From positions 558,001-622,000 of the forward strand of contig JALDZX010000001.1 of NCBI GenBank assembly GCA_022813865.1: a stretch of 64,000 nt of DNA. The letters are read 5' to 3'. Shown one piece after another: positions 37,368-48,707 of the stretch; the stretch's first letter is position 1; the number at the start of each line of letters is the position of its first letter. Below the pieces are notes generated by a model, which saw only the letters and a program-made list of their open reading frames with translations, was not told the origin of the DNA and did not search any database. A program made the position numbers and the translations under genes. This stretch comes from Xylographa opegraphella (taxonomy: Eukaryota).

Positions 37368-38379
37368 GGTTCGAACTGCTGTGTGGGAGCGTGGCTCCTC
37401 TGCTTATGGATACACTGTTAACCTTCTTCCCAGGCGAAGCATTGAAGTTCAGATGTGTAGAGAAGGTGAGTGTCTGCCGACGACGTGGACAGCTACCATA
37501 AGCCGACGTTGCAGCGAACGGCTTGGCGCGTGCATGCGAACACTTTGCTTTCTTCACACGTCACAACGAATCGAAGAAGCCGGCAGTAGGCATTCTGGAT
37601 GCTCAAAGTTGCTCAGTGGATCGCTGCCACGTAAAGGAAGCGGGCTCTAGAGATGCATCTCTCGATTGCGACCTCCAGTCTTTACGTGTCCGGCCTTGCA
37701 GAGGCCTTCCACTTCTCCGCCAAATCTACGCACCCATCTCAGCGGAGACCCGTTCGGCTATGCACAGCTCCGCCAGGTAAACGAATCATTGGCCTAGAAT
37801 TTGTTGCCGCACTGTTGAGCAATATGAGCAGTGACGAAAACGGTTGCTGGGGTGTGCGGGCTGCTGGCGGTCTCTACGCGCCCAGCAATGCCCCCAGAAA
37901 TATGGACTCGACCATTTAGGATTGCGGGCGCTTCCCCCACCTCCAATCATTCGAGATCGTCCAATGATCGCGCAACCTCATGCCTCGACAAGTCTTGATG
38001 ATTGTTGGCTCGGAGGCTTCGGTCCCTGCCTACCTAAACAGACTGGTCTTTTGCGATGGCCGCTGGTCAAGGGTGTAGCCATTTTCATGGCCCTGTACCT
38101 GCCGAGTGCTAATTGGAGCACACATCGACCCAAGCGGATCTGAAGTGCAGCGGCTGGCTGCGAACTTGTCTGTGTGCTGTATAAGTCAGGAACGGCCCCG
38201 GCCTACCTCCGTTGTCGCCTCTGATAGCTGCAATCTCGTTGTCCAGTCTCGGTCATTTTCCTTCTTTGTTGTTGCTTTTTTTTCTCTCTTTCGTGCCCTC
38301 GAGTGATCCGTTGATCGGTCACGATTGAAAGTGCTTAACTTAGTTATATATATACATATTCCTTATAGACCGTTTCGAG

Positions 38380-41223
38380 ATGGACTCTTTCCTTTTACCA
38401 GCTACTACATACCAACCGCCACTCCGGCAGGCCCGGACGCGGAAGCTTAATACAATAATGGAGAATGAGCTTGGCGGTCGTGAGGTGGAGGACGACGACG
38501 AATATAACAGAGGGAGAAAGTTAAACCCCACGAATCGCACTGCCGACGGATCGTGTTCACCGGTACCTTCTCTGACTTCGTCAATATCTTCCTATTACAG
38601 GACGCGTCCACGCTCACGGGAATTTGATCCACTATATGATGTATCAGATAATGAATCAGATCAGGAGCAAACTCCGAACTATTCGAAGGCAAACATCCGA
38701 CCGATCAGTACACGCGACTCGTGGAGCTCTACAGGTAGTCGAAACCGGTATCCTTCGCTTGTCATACCAAGTCCAACAGAATGGCCCACGATTCAAGACT
38801 TCAAGAACAAGTCTATGGTTCCTCCAACCCCGCCCCCCAAGATTCCAATCTCGCCAGCGGTACTATCGCTTTTAACGCCTCATGCCCCTAGGGCTAGTGC
38901 TCCTCCCTCGTTGGATGGTAGTCTCTCATCGGATCAAATCGCTAATTCTACTGCACCTCCTACTCCTGACTTGCATTGCGCTCCGGTGCAATCTACATGG
39001 GGACAATTTCATGTCATTTCGGAATACTCTGACTACAACGAGGATTTATCATTACCCAATGACGGACCAACGATCGAGATTCAGTCTGACGATGGTACAC
39101 AGTGGGAACACACTCTCTCAGAAGTTGAATCTGTTGATGATACCAGTGCTCCAGGATCGGTCGTGGAGCGCCCCGAGAGCCCTGTTCTGGGAGATGACAC
39201 ATACGTTGATGAAGAAGATGCTGGTGTCAGACTACCTGCTGGTGCACTCGATACTCTCAAGCACCTTTCCTTGGAGCTGGCGTCGGAGCCGTCGTCAGCT
39301 GTGGTACGGAGTGGGTCCATGGAGATGCAAGAGATTGCGCCAAAGTGGACACGGTCCGTGGTAGACGAGACCCCAATGTCCGAGACATCTGCATACAGTT
39401 TTTCAGAACTCAGCATACCATCGCCCGGTGGTTTCTTTTCTTCTCTGGGAGCCAACGCAAGACATACCTGGTGCGCATTCAACTCTGAACCTTCATCGGC
39501 AATACCACCTTCATCTACTACCGCAGAACATTTTTATAACGCCCCCTGGAACACCGACCCGAAACAAACCGTCGAGCAGATTGTTGAAGTGGACGATAAT
39601 ATGACTGATGGCCCACCGACGGCGTTCAAGAGACCGCTTAGCGGAAGTTCCCAAAAGGACTACTTTGGGATACCGAGAGCAAGTCTCGACGCAGGAAATG
39701 CAGTTCAGGAAATTGAGAAGAACAAACCCGTTAAGGAATTTGATGAAGACTACGAGAAGGAAATATGGCAATCAGCAGAAACAACCTTCGATCGTACCAG
39801 CGTGTGGCTAGCCGAGCAGACTTCGTACATGGCTGCTCTCCGAGAGACTAATCCTACCAACAGGATTGACAACAACAACTCAAAGCCAACTTTGCAACAC
39901 GCCGGTCAGCACATCCGCAACGATTCCCTTGACTCTCCTCTCAAAAAGGCCGTCAAGTTTCTCGACACCGAGGTCGCAAAACTTGCTGACTCCAGGACCA
40001 CAGACTCTTCAAAGTCGGACCCGATATTTTATCAAGCATTCCAGGTTATGTCGAATGCATCATCTCCTACTGATTCCTTCATTCATCGGCAAACTCGTTA
40101 CGATGCGATTCAAGCCGGTCGGGCCAGTTTACCCAAAGAACACGTCAACCAACTGCTGGGAAACTTTTACACAAGCACTGCGAGCCGTCCGGCCCCACAA
40201 CGTCCTATCTCTATGATGCCAGGGAAAGAAGACGCCGATGAAGAAACCGCCGAACAACGAGCGATCGCTCAGCTGGAGCGAGAGCGCCAAGCTCTGGAAC
40301 AAGTGACAACCTCTATGTGGATTGTCGAAGCAGCCAAGTACCTCTGCGGAGGCCAACTCCTCAACAGCCCCGCTGCCGGCGTCCTTTCCCAAGCGCCTAT
40401 CTCATCCACCACCTCCGAGCACATCCGTGTCCTCGATCTCGGCGGACAACCCAAATGCGACTGGGCCTGGCACTGCGCCCGCGAATACCCAAACGTCAAA
40501 ACCTACACCGCAACCTCCGACCTACAGGCTGCATCACACAACCTACGCGGTCCTAGCAATCACCGTCTTGTCACCGTGCCCCGCCTGTGGCAGCTTCCCT
40601 TCCCAGATAATCACTTCGACGCCATCTCTGCGCGCTCCCTGTTCGTCTTCCTCCGCAACGAGAAGCCTCTCGGCGAAACGGTCGACGAGTACGACATGTG
40701 CCTCCGCGAATGTCTTCGCTGCCTCAAGCCCGGTGGCTACCTCGAGTTCTTCGTCCTGGATGCCGAAATCGTCCACCCCGGCCCCTGCGGCACCGCCCTC
40801 TCCGTTGAGTTCGGCTTCAACCTCAAGGCGCGCGGCTACGATGCCGCACCCACGAAAGGCTGGCTCGGCCGCGTGCGCAGAGCGGGCTTGACGGACATCA
40901 AGCGCGCGTGGATGTTCCTGCCCATGGGCGCCGTGACGCAGAAGGAGCAGACCACGCCCGAGACGCCGGCGCCGCACGTCAGCATATACGAGGAGCAGAT
41001 CCTGCAGGCGGAGGCGGTGCACGGGCCCGTGGGCAGCAAGGCCGACGCGGCTCATATCAGCGGCTTGGTAGGCGGCTGGGCGTGGGAGCGGTGGTTGCTC
41101 AAACTGCAGGTTGAGATGGGCAAGGAGCGGGTGTTGGAGGGCGTGGCAGCTGCGTTTGAGGAGGGCAAGAGCACTGGGGCGGGATGGAGGTGTTTGAGCG
41201 GGTGGGCGAAGAAGCCGTGTTAG
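38380..41223 (+). CDS. Large disordered protein with C-terminal class I SAM-methyltransferase-like domain
   Basis: Intronless 947 aa; RVLDLGG, LPFPDNHFDAISAR, CLRECLRCLKPGGYLE. Confidence 0.85.
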   Translation: MDSFLLPATTYQPPLRQARTRKLNTIMENELGGREVEDDDEYNRGRKLNPTNRTADGSCSPVPSLTSSISSYYRTRPRSREFDPLYDVSDNESDQEQTPNYSKANIRPISTRDSWSSTGSRNRYPSLVIPSPTEWPTIQDFKNKSMVPPTPPPKIPISPAVLSLLTPHAPRASAPPSLDGSLSSDQIANSTAPPTPDLHCAPVQSTWGQFHVISEYSDYNEDLSLPNDGPTIEIQSDDGTQWEHTLSEVESVDDTSAPGSVVERPESPVLGDDTYVDEEDAGVRLPAGALDTLKHLSLELASEPSSAVVRSGSMEMQEIAPKWTRSVVDETPMSETSAYSFSELSIPSPGGFFSSLGANARHTWCAFNSEPSSAIPPSSTTAEHFYNAPWNTDPKQTVEQIVEVDDNMTDGPPTAFKRPLSGSSQKDYFGIPRASLDAGNAVQEIEKNKPVKEFDEDYEKEIWQSAETTFDRTSVWLAEQTSYMAALRETNPTNRIDNNNSKPTLQHAGQHIRNDSLDSPLKKAVKFLDTEVAKLADSRTTDSSKSDPIFYQAFQVMSNASSPTDSFIHRQTRYDAIQAGRASLPKEHVNQLLGNFYTSTASRPAPQRPISMMPGKEDADEETAEQRAIAQLERERQALEQVTTSMWIVEAAKYLCGGQLLNSPAAGVLSQAPISSTTSEHIRVLDLGGQPKCDWAWHCAREYPNVKTYTATSDLQAASHNLRGPSNHRLVTVPRLWQLPFPDNHFDAISARSLFVFLRNEKPLGETVDEYDMCLRECLRCLKPGGYLEFFVLDAEIVHPGPCGTALSVEFGFNLKARGYDAAPTKGWLGRVRRAGLTDIKRAWMFLPMGAVTQKEQTTPETPAPHVSIYEEQILQAEAVHGPVGSKADAAHISGLVGGWAWERWLLKLQVEMGKERVLEGVAAAFEEGKSTGAGWRCLSGWAKKPC

Positions 41224-41461
41224 GTAGGGGGGGCTTCTGGGTTTGACTAGAGGATGAGGGGAATATGCAATGGGTTTGTCAGATATGTCAGGGCGGAGGA
41301 TTTTCTTACGTTGTAATACCGACGGGCTGTTTTATAGTGTGGCTGATAGAAAGGAATGCACATATCCCGGTATAGCAAGTCGTGCAGTGACTGGCTTCGT
41401 TTATGGGTCTGGGCTTCCCACGTTTTATCTCTAACTTATATCTTCAACTATATTTAATTAT

Positions 41462-42688
41462 TTATTCATCCATCCTTACGACCACCTCCCCCCCAGCATC
41501 TATCCACATCGCGTCCATTCCTCTAATCCTTCGATGCGATCCCATGAATAAAAAGATATAAATGTAGCCGACGACCTCTCCCCAACAGTAGACCCTGACG
41601 ATCTCGTCTTCGGCATTCCGAGGCTCACCCTCTAGCAGCGGTTGTCCATGCATTACCCGTCGCGTGCTCTTGAGCTTCTCCGCCCAGACGCCCCATCCGG
41701 CCCGCCCCTCGGCGATGAACTGCTCCAGGAATTGCCAGAACTTCTCGCGTTCGTCGATTGGGACCTGGTGGTCGAGTGACAGCTGCCAGTATCCACGCTC
41801 GAGGGCCCGGAGTTCCCGAGTCTTGATCGGAGGCTTGAATAATTTGTTTAAGGGCAGCCTTTCTTCGATCATGGCTAGCGATGGCGTCACGTGCGTCGTG
41901 AAGGATGCCAGAGACGTCTTGGGCGGTGGTGCGTGAACCTCGACCCGAAAGTTCGCTGAGCTGCCAGGAGAGGCTGGCGAAGGTGTCGCCCACGTGGGAG
42001 AAGAATCGGTCACGAGACTTGATCCCGCGCCTACGATGTCCTCGGCGCTCCCGGCGCTGCTTTGCGTGCACTCCAGTTGCGGTTCAATCGCCGGATATGA
42101 TCTCTGGCGTTTCGCAGAAGGCGAAGACAGACCCGCGCTCGACGAGAAGGATACCGGCGCGGGGAAGCTACGCTTCAGCTGGGAGTTGTCCGGCTGGGAA
42201 TCCGGAACCACGCTCGGAGGCGTCTGCCAGGAGTCGGACTGGGAACGTCGATGGGTCATGCCCTGGAGAGAAGGCGATGCCGGCACAGGGGCGGTTTGTG
42301 GTCGCGCGACCGCCGGGGTACGATCGACGACTACCCTCGGCGTGGTGTACATCGTCGCCGGTACGCGTGATCGGTGGTACGTTGTCGCAGGAACGCTGCC
42401 GGACCATGGTGCTTCGTCATAAAAAGTAGATTCCACGAGGGCGTCCTTCGAGGTCTGCTCGCCACCCTTGTCTTTACCGTGTCGGGCCAGACTTGCATGT
42501 CTTCCTAGGCTTTGCAGGTATGGTGTAACCGGTACAAGCTGCACCGGTGTTTCTTTCGCGGGCTCCGTATCGGACCCAGGGAGAGCTTCGAAGTTCAAAA
42601 ATGCCAGTGCCTGTTTTCTGTACTTCCCATCATCGACCACGCGGCTCGGTGCAGATATATGTACAAGAATCTCGAGCTCGGCCGTCAT
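41462..42688 (-). CDS. Uncharacterised fungal protein (ordered N- and C-terminal blocks, disordered middle)
   Basis: 408-aa ATG-initiated ORF with coding-like GC3; Trp/Gly-rich C-terminal domain ERGYW..FWQFL..GRAGWGVW..VYCWGE..WIDAGGEVV. Confidence 0.75.
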   Translation of the reverse strand: MTAELEILVHISAPSRVVDDGKYRKQALAFLNFEALPGSDTEPAKETPVQLVPVTPYLQSLGRHASLARHGKDKGGEQTSKDALVESTFYDEAPWSGSVPATTYHRSRVPATMYTTPRVVVDRTPAVARPQTAPVPASPSLQGMTHRRSQSDSWQTPPSVVPDSQPDNSQLKRSFPAPVSFSSSAGLSSPSAKRQRSYPAIEPQLECTQSSAGSAEDIVGAGSSLVTDSSPTWATPSPASPGSSANFRVEVHAPPPKTSLASFTTHVTPSLAMIEERLPLNKLFKPPIKTRELRALERGYWQLSLDHQVPIDEREKFWQFLEQFIAEGRAGWGVWAEKLKSTRRVMHGQPLLEGEPRNAEDEIVRVYCWGEVVGYIYIFLFMGSHRRIRGMDAMWIDAGGEVVVRMDE

Positions 42689-43513
42689 TTTTTCGGTTCA
42701 TTATGGCAGGAGGAACTGCCGAGTCTGCTATTATAACCATGACACGAATGAAGATGCTAGAGTAGGAAGCCAAAAAGAAACAGCAAGTGAGTGTGATTCC
42801 ACAAGGCCCAGCAACGTCAAGCCGTGGGTGGCGAACCTCACAATGATGTGGTCGTTGCTGAGGGTACGAAATCGCTTGTTACTGGCTGGACTAAGTTAGC
42901 ACGTGGATACCGATTAAGACAAGCGTGTATCTTGCTAGGACTAGTGGCACTGCCTACTAGCGAATCATGGTTGGGCAACAACTCTACCTACTTCGTTCAA
43001 TCTCACTCACTGAATCGCCAGCTCAATCAACAATGAATTGGAAGAGACCGCAGACAGTCCAGCTTCTGATCCGGGACCTTGGTATTATCTGAGCCTAATA
43101 TTAGCAGCGCCGGGCTGATATGCTTCAGCTGCAATATCCGAGGGCGTATGAAGACTGCCCCTTCCTGCTGTCCTTGATACTGTGAGATGTCACCACCACT
43201 GCATTTATGTAATTTGTAGCATAAAAAGGGTGGGACAAGGTCTGCAGGTTATTGAGATGTGTTTACATAGATTAGATATGATAATAGAACCCCACGCAAA
43301 CATGTTACTCCTGGTAGATTTGGGAAACTGCTAACAGCATACGGAAAGAACCACTCAGACAGCGGATTGTTGACATTGAAAATGATCGCGTCTGTATTAT
43401 CCCCACCCGAGTCCAAAAAGTCGATCCTTAGCCAGAGGTCACAAGAGCAAAAAGCTCAGATACCTGTTGGGGTATCTTACGAAAATCTCCGTACTATAAA
43501 AGATTTTACTTCG

Positions 43514-43595
43514 AGGTCTGCACCGAGATTCGAACCCAAGACCAGTCGTCGAGGTGCTCTAAAGCATCCACGCTTGACCCCTAGACCATAAGTCC
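43514..43595 (-). tRNA. Degenerate tRNA-like element (probable pseudogene, isotype undetermined)
   Basis: Minus strand GGACTTA-TGGTCTAGGGGTCAAG..TTGGG-TTCGAAT-CTCGG-TGCAGACC: A box, B box, partial acceptor stem, T4 tract about 13 nt downstream; anticodon arm malformed. Confidence 0.5.
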
Positions 43596-44550
43596 CGGAG
43601 CCGATGGAGGGACATGCTCTTATTCCTTCAATAAAGGTACTTTCCAGTCTGAAATGTTTCTGTGCAACGCCCTTTTCTACTGGTACCGTAGTGCTGCTCC
43701 ATTTTCCAATGCAACGAAACTGTGAACCTCAACATCCAGCCATCAAGTCGCGACAGCTCCTGAACGATAGATCTCACACCAGATTTCCTGCAACGTGGAT
43801 AGCTCAGTCTTCATCCACTCATTCTTTGCTGCAGGTATTGTAGCGCTATCCTTGTGCATTCAGGCTGATGATATTTGAAGCTGCTTCGAATCTCCTCTCC
43901 TATACCCGTAACGCCACCGGCACTCCGCCACAAGCTCTTTGGCGTCGCGTTACATGCTATCAAGAGTCAACAACATTCTCTTCGTTCTATTGCAAAGTAT
44001 AACAACGCGTGTGCAGCAAGCGATACCATCGGTATAGATCTTTGCTCCCCTCGACTCTCGTTGGGATGACGGGAGCCATCCTTCTAGTCGCTTGGAAAGG
44101 ATGAATCGAGGCGGCCTTTTGTCTCGAGACGACGTTGATCTTGATGAGCCTTCGTCACACGCACTTTATCTGTTCATAGAGTATGGGTCCAGGCGAGTGG
44201 CATCCTTACTGGTTGCGCTGAGATATGGGTTTCCGCTGCCCTGGCATCTAATCGCTCCTAAAGACAATTCTTGTTACTCTTAACGATCTGTCGAGATCTG
44301 TATTCCGGATCCTTTTCGATCCGCCTGCCTCTATCTTAGACTTCCTAAGTACTGTGACGATGAGGACAAGCTCATCCTTTATGACATGAGTCCCAGTTAG
44401 ATCGTTTCGAAACTTCTCGCTCTCCTGGGTCATCAGCTTGAATACCAAAGATCCCTGCTTTTCAAGAGCAGTGTACAGTAACAGCCACCATTATCTGTTC
44501 GCAACCAGCCACCTATTCCAGCCATCTTCAGTGTTCACAAATGCGCCCAC

Positions 44551-44746
44551 CCTGGTCCATTACTCCTGGTCCATTACTCCTGGTCCATTACTCCTGGTCC
44601 ATTACTCCTGGTCCATTACTCCTGGTCCATTACTCCTGGTCCATTACTCCTGGTCCATTACTCCTGGTCCATTACTCCTGGTCCATTACTCCTGGTCCAT
44701 TACTCCTGGTCCATTACTCCTGGTCCATTACTCCTGGTCCATTACT
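44551..44746. repeat. Perfect minisatellite, 14 copies of CCTGGTCCATTACT
   Basis: 196 nt = 14 x 14 with no mismatches seen. Confidence 0.98.
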
Positions 44747-44807
44747 TCGATCTTTCATCTTCATCAAGAAGTTCACCCATAAGCCACAACAGCTATTGGT
44801 GCAGAAG

Positions 44808-45060
44808 ATGAGCCTGGGTGGGGTTATGCCATCTCAATGCTAGGTTCTCCCGTGACTTCGTAGCGGATCATGAGAGCACAGAATCTGCCGTTCGGGCCTC
44901 TGAATACGCACCCAAGGTCGATTATGTGAAGCTCGGGAGGCATGCTCGACGACGGTCCACGTCACAGATGAACTCTGGCGATATGCACCCATACCGATTG
45001 TCTAAGAGAGCTTGTTCCTCCAGATGTTCCGCACATGGAGACGAGAGGAGCGGGAAGTGA
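44808..45060 (+). CDS. Possible small spliced orphan ORF
   Basis: aagATG 44808, candidate intron 44818-44863 (gtgggg..gtgac..tag) joins in frame to ORF 44818..45060; weak splice signals, no recognisable domain. Confidence 0.2.
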
Positions 45061-45404
45061 GTTTTCTTAATTTTACCGAGTCTCTGTCATTGCTAAGAGA
45101 ATGATACTGAAGGAAAAGTGTAACATGTGAGAAGCCGAGGAAAAGGATAGAAAACCATGATTGGAATATTAGGTTGTATAATCGATGTCGATTCCGCATG
45201 GTTTTGACAGCATCTGACAGTTCAGATGTGGATAGTCTTGTTGATCAATGAGATTCTCAGGGGCAGTTTCGATACCGCCAGGACGCTTTCCATACAATTG
45301 ACAACAGAAATAAGAAATAAGAATGATTCGTAAAGATCTTTCCAATCATTAAGAATAGCTATTAATGCATGCTAAAGGATAAACCCGCTTGAACGATCTC
45401 ATAA

Positions 45405-46391
45405 TTACCATGCTCGACCGGCAAGCAATCCTTGTCTCAGTTGTTCCAGTCGCTCTCCCTTCTCGATCCATCTGTCCTCCAACCACCGTTTCAGACCTTC
45501 TTCAGTCTCGGGTAGTATTTTCAGGGGATACCTCTCAACATGGACATGGAACTTCCATCTCGCGCTGAGCCCAGGCTCAGAGAGACTTTGCCACATATCA
45601 GGCGCTGCGAGAAAAGCCCACTTCCCATTGGATGACGGGCGCTTCTCCGCATAAGCTATAGTGAGGTCGTAAACGGCCTTGACATGAGGTGTTCCTCGGA
45701 GTTGCTGCACAGTAGTGATAAATCCTCTAGTACGTGGATATAGAGTATGCTGCGGGAAGGGTCGACCGTGCGTCTTGCACCATGCCAGAGTTTCTGCATA
45801 TTTCTCAGGTGTGTATCTAGTGGCTTCGCTGTATGAAATGAGCCCTACATTACCATTGTCAGCGGCCCGTATAAGCCGAACCTTCGCATTGCAACCAAAA
45901 GACCTACACGTTGGCCAATTGTACTTTCTGATGCCTCGAAAGACCCTGTCCATCTCCTGCGAGTCATGCGTCCAATCCCTTGTTACGAGTGGCATTCCCA
46001 TAGCCCACAAGCCCCACCCTAGAAACGGTACTGTCTTCAGCTGGCTTTTCGCAAACCAGCGACAGCGCCCCAGCATGCCCGCTTTGATCGCAAGAGCCTG
46101 GATCATATAGAAATCTGTCCATGAGACATGATTCGCAACGACGATTGCCGACTCGTGGGCGGGAAGCGGGATGCCAGAGAAGGTTATATTCGCTGCGTTG
46201 GACCGAGTGAAAATAGATTGGATGTGCAGCCAGACAGCAGCCGCAACATTGGACGAAAGGTCATACACTCCCGTCGGGAAGAAGTACGAAAACGGTAGCA
46301 AGAAGGACAGCACGGCGTCCGCCAGGAACAAGCGGATCACGAAGGGAAGGAGCAGCAGGATTCCTCGGATGTTGCCAGCAAGCTTGTACAT
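45405..46391 (-). CDS. Lysophospholipid acyltransferase (LPLAT; AGPAT/LCLAT1/Cst26-like)
   Basis: NHVSWTD (NHx4D), FAKSQLKTVPFLGWG, WLISYSEATR after removing in-frame intron 45907-45845, LYPRTRGF, VYDLTIAY. Confidence 0.9.
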   Translation of the reverse strand: MYKLAGNIRGILLLLPFVIRLFLADAVLSFLLPFSYFFPTGVYDLSSNVAAAVWLHIQSIFTRSNAANITFSGIPLPAHESAIVVANHVSWTDFYMIQALAIKAGMLGRCRWFAKSQLKTVPFLGWGLWAMGMPLVTRDWTHDSQEMDRVFRGIRKYNWPTCRSFGCNAKVRLIRAADNGNVGLISYSEATRYTPEKYAETLAWCKTHGRPFPQHTLYPRTRGFITTVQQLRGTPHVKAVYDLTIAYAEKRPSSNGKWAFLAAPDMWQSLSEPGLSARWKFHVHVERYPLKILPETEEGLKRWLEDRWIEKGERLEQLRQGLLAGRAW

Positions 46392-47592
46392 GGCTGCGAC
46401 AACGTCAACGTGGCAGCTTGAGGGTGATACTAGATGGACCTCGTGAAGTCCGCGAAGAGATCGTCACCGCACCACCATGATGGCGGTCGCGGCGCAAATA
46501 TTAATAATTTTTTTCGCAGTCATACGGGCTTTCCTTATGGCCAAACGGGTGCCGGGATCGAGCTGGCTTGGGCTAAGGTTATGCCCTAACGGCGGAAAGT
46601 CCGGGGTCCTGGGCGCTGAATAAGCACTTAGGCACTCGATCAACCGGAATACTAGTCTTGTTTTGGTAAGTTGTACGGTTCCTCGCTCAAGACTGACCGA
46701 GGAACCGCGCTTCATGGTGTAGTTGTGCATGCGAGATATGTTGCTGCTGTTGGGATCACGGCATTGACCAAACTGTATAGCACTGAAATGAGAACCGCTT
46801 TTGAGATTTGACTCTGCAAGATATTGAATCCACTGTTGCTAGCATTCTTCTGTGAAGCCTCGACCCGATGTGTTCGGTTGTTTTTGCATAGTATTGTTAA
46901 GCCGCGCCTATCCTCTGGTGCTCGACTTTTCCTTACTCTCACGTATGTACTTGTACTTCATCTGCTGTGACTGGATTTCAGATTCTCCTCTGTCTATTTG
47001 TGGTGTAAGCACACGACCGAGTGAGGAGTCCGCCTTTGGATCATGTGGTATCTGTACATCTGAAGATGCAAAGCTTGGACCGCTAGTTCTTCCAGATGAG
47101 CATGAACTCACTTGGTCTAGTCTTTACGAACCTGTCCTATCAATTTCCGTTACTGGTGCCCGTCTTTCAAATCCGCCAAACACTGACTGCGAGATGCATG
47201 TTTTGTCCTTTCTTTAACCAAGTCAACAAGCGTCCATGCCACCACTACGGAGGGGACTTTCTCTGAAAAAGTTAGGTTAGAGGCTATCTGGGCCTCTTTT
47301 CACGGTCATCTACATGTGTACTTCAAGCGCCTTGAGATACTTTGGACTCATCTGTTCGGCGTCATCATCCAAGGCTCAGTCATCGAACCTTCGTGGACTC
47401 TATCTTGGCTCTGCCAAAACGAGCGTCATCTCCCTGTATGTGATTCACCACCTACTTCAAGAAAATTTTATTTCTACTAGTTTCACGCAACGTACTCTTC
47501 GATATACGGAACGGCTTATAAGCTACTATATGCCACTAATTTATATACGATGCCTTTTCTTCTTTTCAACCACTCCTCTTACAATCAATCTC

Positions 47593-47703
47593 TGCTATCT
47601 ACTCTGCACGTAATATCATACCAAAAAGGAATTATCAGCAATACCAAATTTATTTCAATCTTGCGAGCACATCAGGTGCAATGGTCGTGTAAAATCTATG
47701 TGA
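47593..47703 (+). pseudogene. Decayed zinc-ribbon motif copy
   Basis: Reads C-T-*-Y...QSCEHIRCNGR in one frame; TAA and TAT stand where Q and C are expected. Confidence 0.35.
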
Positions 47704-48329
47704 ACGCCTACAGTCACCGTATGTGAATGTGCAGGAACATATTGATGGCGGGGAGTTGAACCGATGACCGACTACTCGAAGTATCTCGTCCTCACATACG
47801 TGGAAATCTTAAAGACGCTGGAATTATTGCGTGCATGTATATTGGATTATTAGCTTTTCACATGCTAAAACTGTATTCGAGACGAGCTGTGTGTGTCTTT
47901 AAACCCAATACATGTTGCTTTTCCACATTTTTAATAGGAAGGAAAGCCGACACTATCACTTATCAACAAAGGAATAAAATAACATTTCATGTGATGAAAA
48001 CAACGCTCTCGACTCCCATCAGTAAACTCTAAGTATCGAGTCGAGTACGATTCCAGTACTATTCGCGTTGAACACTCTTGAGGCGACAGGTATGACCCAA
48101 ACACATACTTTTCCTGTTCAGCTCTGTTTGGAATCATCATTAATAGACTCAGACTCTGAGAATCACGATTGGTAGCCTCAGAGGGTGATTCAGTCCACTT
48201 CACTCAATACGCCATTCCTCATCATTAACCTACAACTTCACACATCGCACCCAGCATTTCAGAGTACTTGTTTTACCGAACAAATCACTGGTCTCATCAT
48301 CCGTCACATCGACATTTAATATCTCAATC

Positions 48330-48707
48330 ATGGATCAACAACAGTCCACCGACCATAAAAGCACCGTTCCTGTCATTAGTGCTAGACCCGCTGAGCTTCC
48401 GCCATCACCCGTGTGGAACGCATATAATCAACAGTCCACGTCAGCAAAGTCGGAACCCAAGAGCCACGGGGGATTTGGAATCTGCTGCCAGTGCTGCAGT
48501 GACGTTAAAGTCCATGCTGTACTCGATCAGTACTACTGCAGTAACTGGCACTGTCAACATACTCGATGTAAGGCTTGTAGATTGCCTGATCAACGTCAGC
48601 ATAGTAGTGCCACTCATGATGGACTGGGCACTTCATCAAGTAGCAAGACTGGACTGATGTATCATAAGCTTATCAAGATGCAAGTTTGTGCTGACAAGCC
48701 GAGATAG
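48330..48707 (+). CDS. Small protein with CCxC..C-x4-C-x-H-x-R-C-x2-C zinc-ribbon motif
   Basis: atcATG start; GICCQCC..YYCSNWHCQHTRCKAC. Confidence 0.6.
   Translation: MDQQQSTDHKSTVPVISARPAELPPSPVWNAYNQQSTSAKSEPKSHGGFGICCQCCSDVKVHAVLDQYYCSNWHCQHTRCKACRLPDQRQHSSATHDGLGTSSSSKTGLMYHKLIKMQVCADKPR

Noticed and set aside
44438..44843. ORFs with LVHYSWSITPGPLL repeats; CRISPR-like array
   Set aside because: ORFs are by-products of the minisatellite; there are no spacers and the DNA is eukaryotic.
46464..47220. Minus-strand frame with scattered TAA/TAG stops, possible pseudogene
   Set aside because: No identifiable domain; cannot be separated from chance.
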